NCBI GenBank assembly: GCA_964016885.1
Contig: OZ024762.1
Location: 7,440,001-7,504,000 of the forward strand
Source: Eledone cirrhosa
Lineage: Eukaryota
Direction: 5' to 3'
Length of the DNA stretch: 64,000 bases
Positions 53,349 to 64,000 of this stretch are shown here, one piece after another; the first letter of the stretch is position 1, and every line of letters starts with the position of its first letter. Both the position numbers and the translations under genes were made by a program. Below the pieces are notes generated by a model. The model saw only the letters and a program-made list of their open reading frames with translations, had not been told where the DNA came from and ran no database searches.

Positions 53349-54089
53349 CATTTCTATATATTGAGTACCTTACTTACTGTGGTTACCCCCGATTGAACCC
53401 GTTAATATATATATATATATAGAGAGAGATAATTATTTATACTAAACTCGTCCTATGGACTGAGTGCTTTACCAAACTTTTACTACAGTATATATATATA
53501 ATATACGGGTGTATATGTATACATATATATATATATATACGGGTGCCTAGAAGCGTCGGGTGGTCCAGGATTTGTGGGGGTACCTGTTTCGCCCCAGGGT
53601 AGTCCACCGCCCACCTATTGGGAAATTTATTTTATGTTTATACAGTTTATATTATATTTTCATTGTTAAATTAGTCTTGCCATTGTGCACTTTTACTCGA
53701 GCTTATTGTAAACCCCACAGCCCCTGTCTTTGTATTGTCCCCTACACGTCGGCCCTTATGGCCAATAAATGAAAAAGGGTCGGGCGCCATGTTTCCCAGC
53801 ATAGTTACGTCCCGAGTTCAAATCCCGCCGAGGTTAACTTTGCCTTTCATCCTTACGGGGTCGATAAAATAAAGTACCAGTAATGTACTGAGTATTTGCT
53901 GGCCTTGTGCCAATAGTAGAAATAATAATAATTATTATTAGTAGTAGTAAAGATTGAAATTTAAGCAAAGAATTTCTGCTTTCGCCCTTTTACGGGATCT
54001 TCTGAAATAGTTACAGAAGATCCCGTAAAAGGGTGAAAGCAGAAATTCTTTGCTTAAATTTTAATCTGTACTAATAATATTTGCTTTAC

Positions 54090-54142
<53 letters not shown>

Positions 54143-54223
54143 ACCCTTACCGAACCCTCGGATTTTTTGATCTTCGTAATTATTATTACTATAATTATAT
54201 ATATATATAATTATATATATATA

Positions 54224-54292
<69 letters not shown>

Positions 54293-54728
54293 CGAAGGTG
54301 AAGTAGAAATAGCATGGAAAATATATTTTAGGGTCTGTTTTTCTTTTTTTTCACTTTCTTTCATTCGTCAAAGTGACATTATTGATGTATGTTAGAGCAG
54401 AAATAAAATAAAACATCGGAATACTCACAGATCTCCATTATTTTATTTAATATATACATACATATATTATATTATATATATATATACATACATATATTAC
54501 ATATATATTATATACATATATATATATCAATAAATTAAAGTTTTAGTTCTTTCTTTACAAACTCAAACATGTCGCTTATTTATCCATCGTCAGAATGAAA
54601 TTATTATTTCTTTAGTTGATTTACCACAAAAAAGTGAAAAAAATAAAATAGATATTATGTTTTTAAAATGATTTGCCACCAAAATATTTTGGGAAAAAAA
54701 AAATGTCAACAACCCAGCTGGTGATAGA

Positions 54729-54761
54729 AACTTCCGGTTCCGGTTGTGTTAACCGGAAGTT
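54729..54761. promoter_or_regulatory. Paired ETS (GABPA/ELK-type) sites, COMMD2 promoter, head-to-head with CEP63/DEUP1
   Basis: ACTTCCGG TTCCGG..AACCGGAAGT in inverted arrangement ~145 bp upstream of the COMMD2 ATG. Confidence 0.6.
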
Positions 54762-54903
54762 AGTCTATTGTTATTATCTATTACGTTAGTGGGAGTTTCT
54801 TCTCTCATCATCTGTAGTTTTATATAAGGTGTAAACACTCAACATATACACACTGTTGAAGTATATATATATATATTTAGTGTATGTATATATATGAGAA
54901 AAT

Positions 54904-57900
54904 ATGTTTAATTTATTAAAAGACGAACACAAGGAGCATCTAAAATTCTTAACTAATGTTGATGCTGAAGGTAATATCTTATTATTATATGTTCACCTAT
55001 TCTCGACAGGGTCGTGGGGGCAGAGTCCTCAAACACTCCTTCCAGTGGGTCCTGTCAAGTAACTGTCTCCAACTGATCCGACTTGATCCCCAAACGAGAC
55101 CAACCAAGCTCATGTATGTTATCCAACCATCTTGCTCGGGATCTACCCCTGAATCTCCTGCCAGTTGGTTTTGCCCGTAAAATCTGTCCAGTGATTCTTT
55201 CCTGAGACATTCTAACCACATGTCCATAGCATCAGAGCTGTGATCTCTCAATTCAGAGAAGTAGCAGCTCTACCTAGAGTGACTCTCTGATCTCAGAGCT
55301 ACAAATCTGTCCAGTGATTCTTTCCTGAGACATTCTAACCACATGTCCATAGCATCAGAGCTGTGATCTCTCAATTCAGAGAAGTAGCAGCTCTACCTAG
55401 AGTGACTCTCTGATCTCAGAGCTACAAATCTGTCCAGTGATTCTTTCTTGAGATATTCTAACCACATGTCCATAGTATCGGAGCTGTGATCTCTCAATTC
55501 AGAGAAGTAGCCGCTCTACCGGGAGTGACTCTCTGATCTCAGAGCTACAAATCTGTCCAGTGATTCTTTCCTGAGATATTCTAACCACATGTCCATAGTA
55601 TCAGAGCTGTGATCTCTCAGTTCAGAGAAGTAGCGGCTCTACCTGCAGTGACTTTCTGAGCTACACACTTCGTATTCTTTTATATATATATATATATATG
55701 TGTGTTATATATGTTCTTGTCTGATGACTGTGGTAAACAGTCGAAACTCCACAGTAATAAGACTCACTATTTAGCCTGAATAAAAATGAATATTTAAAAT
55801 CTACTTCGGTATTGAGTACTCCTTTCTCTCAGCCGCCAACCACATACGTATTTACGGGCCCAGCTCCATGTAACCAGTAGAGCACTCTCGATGCTTGGAG
55901 ATGTGGCTAATACTTCAATCATTAGACTGCGGTCATACAGGAGCACCGTCTTGATTTAGTCGATCATATTAATCCCGGTATTTTGTGAGGGTTTTTTTCA
56001 GATCTGGTATATATAGATATATTATCGATCTTTTTGTTAATCGAACCGCGAAGTTACCTGGACATAACCACAGACCAAACACACACACATTTTTGTGTGT
56101 ATTATATGTATAAGGTTCCTAGCAATAATTAATTGATTATATATATGTATGTATATACACACGCTTATATATATATACATACGTCTATATATATATACAC
56201 ACGTATGTATATACACACATATGTATGTATTTAATAGTTAAAGTTACTAATGTATTAATATTTTCAATTGCAGTTGTTGGGGAGTTCTGTCGTATCTCCT
56301 TACAGTTCATAAAAAATGGTCCCAATACAAAGGTTTACCAAAGTGCAGCACGTAAGTTGAAATTCTTTCTTATTAGCAGAATCGGTAGAGTGTCAGACAA
56401 CATGCTTTGTGGCATAGAGTTACGGCAATTTACGTTCTGAGTTAAAATCTTGCCAACGTTAGCTTTGTCCTTCATCCTTTCCGTAGAATTTAAAGTTGGT
56501 GAACATCATCAAAATATTGACCTTGAATGTAAGCCGGCCACACAATTTTATGTCTAAGAAATGGGCAAAAACCTAAACCTTATTTACATAAAATATGAAG
56601 TTGGTGAAAATCCCCAAAATATTTACCTTGAATATAAGCCAATCCCTCTATTTTATGTCTGAGAAATGGGCATATTTACGTAGAATTTGAAGTTGGTGAA
56701 AATTGTCAAAATACTGACCTCAAATATAAACCTTCACCAGCTTATATTCGAGTAATTGTTATATAAAATAATGGATATATCTACTGAAATATTTTAAGCT
56801 TTTCAAATATCTTTCTTCAGAGAAACTTGATGTGGAAGCCAAAGTTGTCCAGCATGCTGTGGAAGGGTTAATGTACCTCCTCACTGAGACCTCAAGATTT
56901 ATGGTAAGTGCTATTGTTTGGTTCTTTCAAGTTGACCATGTCACAAGAGGTATATTCATGGTGACTTTCCTCACTGAGACCACTCCATTTATGGATTAGA
57001 CAAGATGTCCCGTTCTGAGACAAGTCGGGTCAGGTGACTGTGTCTTCCTCATACAGAACTGTTTCTAGCTTGGTTTCTACAGTTAGATGCACTTACTTAC
57101 ACCAACCACTTTACAGTGTGTACTGAGAGTTTTTTGTTGTGTCACCTACATGACCACATGACAGTGTGGACTGGGTGCTTTTTGTTGTGACACCTACACA
57201 ATCTTTTTACAGTGGACTTTTTGTCATGACACCAAAATAACCACTTTACAGTGTGGACTGGGTTTTTTTTGTCACAACACCAAAACAACCACTTTACAGT
57301 GTAAACTGGTTGCTGTTTGCCATATATATATATTTTATATCATATTCTATTCTTTACAGGTACCTGAAGCTGAATATAAAGAATCCTTAAGTGTTCTTGG
57401 ATTCCAAGATGACAAAATTGAGATTTTACTAAACATGTATCTGGAAAATAGAGGAAATATTCGGAACATTCTCTCGGAAATGTCTATGGATCTTCCTTAT
57501 TATTCCGACCTAGAATGGCGCTTTGATGTTCAGGTGAGGAAATCTTTGACTTTTCTTTTCAATTTTGTGTATGTAGCTAGTAAGTGTGTGTGTGTATGTA
57601 GCTAGGAAGTGTGTGTGTATGTGTGTGTAGTAAAGAAGTTTGTGTATAATTACAGGTAGCTTGTCAATCAACAAAGCACAAGGTGTGACCAAACATTCCA
57701 TTCAAATTTCTATATTTTCCTCCTCCTCCCCCATATCTCGTTACAGGTAGCTAGTCGTTCTCTGAAGGACCAAGTAATGCCAAACATTCTACTGAAACTC
57801 CACATAGAAGAAGACCATGAAATTACTACACACCACCTCCAGACAGACCCTGGGAACCTGGTTCATTTAACGAAGGAACTAGAGCGAGCGTTGGATGAAA

Positions 57901-57944
57901 TGAAATCAAATTATAGTAGACAGATTGTTAGAAATATAGACTAA
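54904..57944 (+). CDS. COMMD2: COMM domain-containing protein 2, complete, 199 aa. Exons 54904-54970, 56274-56351, 56821-56903, 57360-57533, 57747-57944
   Basis: MFNLLKDEHKEHLKFL..VVGEFCRIS..VQHAVEGLMYLLTE..LPYYSDLEWRFDVQVASRSL..LQTDPGNLVHL..LERALDEMKSNYSRQIVRNID*; 600 nt in total with consistent phases. Confidence 0.96.
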
Positions 57945-58499
57945 AGATCTGTTTACGCATCAGCAATTCTCTCTCTCTCTCTCTTTCTATATAGTTCAAG
58001 GAGACAGCAACAGAGGTACAAAAAGTCTTATTAGTTTCATGCTTTATATGGAGAAAGAGGAAAAAAAAGTTTGATGTGTCAGGGTTTAGCCCTCCTTCAG
58101 GATCACAATGGAGAAACAGAAAAAAAGGTCCATATATATCGTCTAAACCCATGCTAGCATGGAAGATAGACGTTAAATGATGATGATGATGATATATATA
58201 TATATATAAAACAAATTTAAAATAGAAATGGCTTCTGGCTTCTACAGAACTAGAACTATCTCATTTGAAAGAAATCACCAGGAAAGCCCTTTCCTGATTC
58301 AGTGAATTACTGATATATATATATTTAATATAGGAAGCCTGATGATTTCTACTGAATGAAACAGTTCTAGTCCTGTAGAAGCCTTTCTATATTAAATATT
58401 TATACTCTGCTATGTATTGAGTACCTTACTTACTGTAGTTACCCCCGATTGAACCCAGGATAAACTTATATATATATATATATCAGTAATTCACTGAAT

Positions 58500-58531
<32 letters not shown>

Positions 58532-58774
58532 GTGTACTTCTCTTTGTCTATCTGCTTCAGTACAGTTTTGTCTCTGGACTAAACAATGCTTCATGATTCC
58601 TTGAAGATTTCTGTCATAAATCAAAGAACAATATCTAAAGAATATTTATTACAGAGAAAATCTGCTTCCAACAAACACACACATCTGTGTATATATGTTA
58701 AAAATAAAATTGAGATATTTTGACCAAATTTTCTTTCTTTATTTTGTCTGGACTTGTGCTTCGCAAACTAAGCT

Positions 58775-58968
58775 AAAAGACATACCAGTAATATCTTTGG
58801 TACACAAGAGAGATAAAAGATGTACCAGTAATATCTTTGGTACACAAGAGAGGTAAAAGACGTACCAGTAATCTTTGGTACACAAGAGAGGTAAAAGATA
58901 TACCTTTTATGTCTTTGGTACACAAGAGGTGGGAGATAAAGATATACCAGTTATATCTTTGGTACACC
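58775..58968. repeat. ~40-bp tandem repeat
   Basis: Unit taccagtaatatctttggtacacaagagaggtaaaaga. Confidence 0.85.
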
Positions 58969-60389
58969 AACTTAATAATAAGATCATTATATTACTAAAT
59001 TTCTCAAAATTCTTTATTATTTGAAAACCATAGACAGTGTCTTTCATTAGAAGTATGGTAATGAAAGGGTTAATGACAGTGTATTTCATTAGAAATATGG
59101 TAATAAAAGGTTTAATGTGTATCACCTTAGAAAGGCTGCCCAAAATAGTGTTGTAAAAAAAAAAAGATTTGGTGTAAAACCAGCAGCATAGCTAATATAT
59201 TATTTTGTGTGTGGTGAAGAACTCAATACCTGTCTCGGGCAGTATAAACTCTCGCTATGATACTGTGTAAAACTATTTCTTTTCTAAATAAGTAAAAATG
59301 AAAAAAACACTGTGACCCTAGAGCCTTTCCCTTCCTTTTCAGTTTTTAATTATTAATAGAAATATTTAGAAGTACAAAAAAAGAACAAGATTTAATATCA
59401 GAAAATATATTTTTTATTAAAGTCACATTTTTTCTGCTGTTGCTGCTGTCATACCATTATTTGTGAAATGTTATTGTTGTCACACGACTGTTTGTGAATC
59501 AAATATTAAAATATAAAATGAATATAATGGTGATTTCTAAAATATGATGCGACAGATTTGTGGGGAGTGGGAGACATTTGACAAGTAGGTTTTTTTTTTA
59601 GCTTTATCAATCAGAAAGATGAAAAGTTAACCCTTTAGCATTTAAACCGGTCATATCTGGCCAGAATTCTTTCACCTCCTTCTGTTCAAACCGGCTGTAA
59701 CTGGTCATTCATACAGATGTGAAGGTATTGTTCTCAAAATAAATAATATAAAAATCTCATAGATTCGATATTATGTGAGGTAAAGCCTTTACTGTGAAAA
59801 TACAATAGTATATATAAAGTAATGTAAATGTTATGCAAGATTTTATGTGAGGTAAAGCCTTTACTGTGAAAATACAATAGTATATATAGAGTAATGTAAA
59901 TGATAAAGGGTTAAGTTACTTGTGGCAGTATTTGAAGTCAGCATGTCAAGGGAGGTAGCTCGGTACAGCAAGATATTTTTCTGGGGGTTCTGCCATTGTA
60001 GGGACTTAGGTTCCATGATATAAGTTAAAATGTTCAAATACTTTGTTAAAAAAAAAATAGTATTCACTTTTGGTAAAACTCAAAGTGATGGGAGCCCTTG
60101 GCAAAGAAAAGGTTAGGAACTACTGGTTTATATAAACTTCTGTTATCATATAACAAATATATGATTAAATAGAAGTACATATATATATATGATTAAATAG
60201 AAGTACATATATATAATGAATTAATTATTGCTAGGAACCTTATAAATATAATGCCAAAAATATATAATGAAAGAGAGAAGAAAAAACACCCCCAAAAAGC
60301 CATCAATTCACCACTAAGTGCATCAATTGGTCACATCACAAGGGTGATTGGAAAATTTTGGGACAAGTCACACTACAGCATTACTGTGG

Positions 60390-61060
60390 ATGATGGTGAG
60401 GCTAAAGTGCTGAAACAACCAAGTACCCTCACCAGGAGTATCAAATGATATCTTGGTAAGGGCGGGTGATGGCGAGGCTACAGTGCTGAAACAATTAAGT
60501 ATTCTTGTTAGGAGCATCAAATGATATCTTGGTAAGGCCGTGTGATGGCGTGGCTAAGGTGATGAAACAACCAAGTACCCTCACTAGGAGAATTACATGA
60601 CACTTCTGGAAGGCCGGGTGATGGCGTGGCTAAGGTGCTGAAACAATCAAGCACCCTCACCAGGTGTCTCAAATTATATCTTGGTATGGCGAGGCTAAGG
60701 TGCTGAAACAACTAAGTACCCTTACTAGGAGCATTACCTGACAATTCCGTAAAACCGGGTGATGGCGTGGCTAAGGTGCTGAAACAATCAAGCACCCTCA
60801 CCGGGAGTCTCAAATTATATCTTGGTAAGGCCAGGTGATGGCGAGGCTAAGGTGCTGAAACAACCAAATACCCTCACTAGGAGCATTACCTGACACTTCT
60901 GTAAGGCCGGGTGATGGCGTGGCTAAGGTGCTGAAACAATCAAGCACCCTCACCAGGAGTATCAAATGACACCTTAGTAAAGCCGGGTGATGGAGAGGCT
61001 AAGGTGCTGAAACAACCAAGCACCCTCATCATCACCAGTATCACCTGATTACCTCGGTAA
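60390..61060. repeat. ~76-bp tandem repeat (~9 copies) downstream of SMCO4
   Basis: Unit ggtgatggcgtggctaaggtgctgaaacaa(c/t)caagcaccctcac. Confidence 0.88.
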
Positions 61061-61440
61061 GGTGAGCCGCTAATAATGACAAGAACTTCACTGTCGGAGT
61101 GCCAGCTCCAGCAAATGTCTCGAATGTTTGTAGGTAAAGAAGATGCAGAGATGAGACACGAAGACAAATAAACATATTGTAAACCTCAAGGCATGTAGTT
61201 TTAGTGGTTAGTGAGTTGGATTTACAATCGTGAGGTTGTGAGTTCAATTCTCAGATCGGATGATACGTTATGTTCTTGAGCAAGACACTTTATTTCACGT
61301 TGTGACTGGTAGATAGCATCAGCTATGGAAAGACCAAAGGAAACATTGTTTCCTTGGTCTGATTTGACGAGGTCCACCCCACTCGGTAACCAAATGAGGT
61401 CTAGGGAGGAGCTTGTTGTTCGATCAGAGCGAACGAAACC

Positions 61441-61620
61441 TCAATTGTGAGAGATAGCCTTCGTCTTGAAAAACACATAGGTGACAATTAGACAGATAAC
61501 AACAACAACAACAGGTAAGACTATTGTGAACACCTTCTGCTTGTTATCCAGGAACTCTTTCTTCCTTTCTCGCTTTTCCTTCTTACTCTCCTTCTTCACC
61601 TGACCTTTCAACTGCCTCAT
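61441..61620 (-). CDS. SMCO4: Single-pass membrane and coiled-coil domain protein 4 (59 aa), single coding exon
   Basis: MRQLKGQVKKESKKEKRERKKEFLDNKQKVFTIVLPVVVVVICLIVTYVFFKTKAISHN*, compared with human MRQLKGKPKKETSKDKKERKQAMQEARQQITTVVLP..TM. Acceptor ctccag| at 61643. It is below the 60-aa ORF cutoff. Confidence 0.93.
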   Translation of the reverse strand: MRQLKGQVKKESKKEKRERKKEFLDNKQKVFTIVLPVVVVVICLIVTYVFFKTKAISHN

Positions 61621-63310
61621 CTTTCAATATGTCTGCAGGATTTCTGGAGAATGAGAAGTATGGAAAATGATTTAAACCCTTTCCTTACCATATTTCTACT
61701 GCAATACACTATGTCTGTGTGTTTTCAAAATAGTCAAGAATTTAGAGGAATTTACCAATACAGTGAAATTCCTTTATAACGAAATTCACGGGGTATAAAA
61801 AGAGATTCATTGTAATGAAAAATTCTTTATAACGAGATCAACCTCACACATCGAGCGTGGCCGGGGATTGAAAATAATTTCGTTATACTGAAAAATTCGT
61901 TATAACGTTATAATTGTTATTAAAATTCGTTTTTTTTTTAAAGATAAATACTTTAACCATTTCGTTACCATATTTCTAATGAAAAATACTGTCCATGATT
62001 TTCCAATAAATTTGAAAATAATAAAGAATTTGGAAAGATTTAGTAATATAAGGAAGTTTTTCATTAATAATCTGATATTTGGAGCACAACAAATATATAA
62101 CATTACCAGTGAAGGCGCATGGCTTAGTGGTTAGAGCATTGGGTTTGCAATCGAACGGTTGTGAGTTCAATTCTTGGACCGGGTGATGTGTTGTTTTCTT
62201 GAGCAAGACACTTTATTTCACATTGCTCCAGTTTACTCAGCTGTAGAAATGAGATGATAGGACTGGGGTCCCTATCATTCCACTGCAAAAAAGCACCCAG
62301 CCCACACTGTAAAGTGGACGAGTAGGTGCCATGGTAAAAAAGCACCCAGCCCACACTGTAAATGAGATTGGTGTTAGGAAATGCATCCAGCTGTAGAAAC
62401 CAAGCCAGAATCAGTTCCTGTATGAGCAAGACAAGGTCAGCCGACTGGACACTGCCCACAACAGGACAACTCGTCTAACCCATGCTAGCGTGGAAGAACG
62501 GACGTAAAACGATGATGATATATATATATAAGTTATTCCGGGTTGAATCGGAGGTAACCACAGTAAGTAAAGTACTCAATACATAGCAGAGTATAAATGT
62601 TTTAATATAGAAAAGCTTCTACAGGACTAGAACTGTTTCATTCGTGAGAAATCAGCTTCTTGACGATTTCTCACGAATGAAACAGTTCTAGTCCTGTAGA
62701 AGCTTTTCTATATTAATATATATATATTGGGCCTAAAATTATTTTGGGAAGTTTTTAGACAAATATGAACATTTTAAAACAAACAATTTTGAACCACAGA
62801 AGGTGAGGCAGTTTCTAGTGGTTTGGTAACAAATTGGGAATTCTTGAAAATCTAATATGGATGATCTCAGCTGGAAAGCTTTTGATCATAGATCTGACAC
62901 GGGATTAAACAAGTATTCTTAGTATGTCTCTCTGAATGATGAAAGGCAAATCCCGCTGAGGTTAACTTTGCCTTCCGTCCTTACGGGGTCGATAAAATAA
63001 AGTACCAGTCACGCACTGAGGTCGATTTAATCAACTTCCCCCTCGCCCAAAATTGCTGGCCTTGGGCCTATATAAGAAACAATTATTTCTCTCTCTCTCT
63101 CTTAGAGTTACGACCCTTCACATTCTGAGTTCAAATCCCGCCGATGTTAGCTTTGCCTTTCAACCTTACGGGGTCGATAAAATAAAGTACCAGTAATACA
63201 CTGGCGTTGATTTAATCGACGTTCCCCTCCCCTTCAAATTGCTGGCCTTGTGCCTAAAGTAGAAAATTATTATACACACATCTGTATCTTTAGAAATCTG
63301 GTATACATAC

Positions 63311-63394
63311 GTATAATAAAATTCGTCAATTTGGCGAAGTAAACTTTGGTGTAGCCGGAAGATCTTTCTTAAGGGCTGTTTTGTTTCGTTGGGT
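63311..63394 (-). other. SMCO4: Probable SMCO4 5' UTR exon / promoter-proximal region
   Basis: Donor-like TAC|gtatgt at 63311; CpG-containing segment with CCGGAAG and TTTGGCG motifs. Confidence 0.4.
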
Positions 63395-64000
63395 CTGTAT
63401 ATATATATATATATATATACACACAGGACGAATAGATGAACAGTTCAGTGTGTATACAAACAAGATATATATATATATATACAAGATATATATATATAGT
63501 TCAGTGTAGATATTTGTATACAGTCAAGTTATATATATATATAGTTCTGTGTAGATATATGTATACACACAAGTTATATATATATAGTTCAGTGTAAATA
63601 TATGTATACACACAAGATATATATATATAGTTCAGTGTAGATTATGTATACACACAAGATATATATATATATATATATATAGTTCTTTGTATATATATAT
63701 GATCAGTATTTAGATGTGGAGGTGGAATCTTATGCCAGATGTCCACAAATGCTGACAAGGCATCAACACTTTAAAACTCGCTTACTAAGCCTATATTTAA
63801 TATATATATATACAGTATATAGAAATAGGTGTGTGTGTATATATATACAGACAGAAATATGTGTGTATATATATATATATAAGAGTACGTATGTGTGTAT
63901 ATATATAAAAAAGGGTGTGTATAAAATGCTGACAAGTAGCCAAAACGTTTACAACACGTGTAAACAGCTTAACAAGAACGTTTAGAGGATATCCGGTAGC

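Overview
AT-rich, intron- and repeat-dense animal genomic DNA. The SINE and microsatellite landscape suggests an octopod cephalopod; this is an inference, not a database result. I assembled five spliced protein-coding genes by hand with consistent splice phases: the 3' half of BRCC3 (+), CEP295/Ana1 (-, ~2500 aa), a CEP63/DEUP1-family gene (-, ~551 aa), COMMD2 (+, 199 aa) and SMCO4 (-, 59 aa, too short for the ORF track). Main highlight: SMCO4, CEP63/DEUP1 and CEP295 are clustered here, as DEUP1-SMCO4-CEP295 are at human 11q21, which points to an ancient centriole-gene microsynteny. Other highlights: several families of hammerhead-ribozyme-like motifs, often in inverted pairs, with one in the likely COMMD2 3' UTR; a ~70-nt element shared just downstream of the stop codons of both centriolar genes; a CEP295 ATG split by an intron; a BRCC3 intron end copied 34 kb away; a twin-priming-type inverted LINE fragment; and internal tandem arrays in nearly every transposon family. 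Gene identities rest on recalled similarity to human proteins and need confirmation by search.
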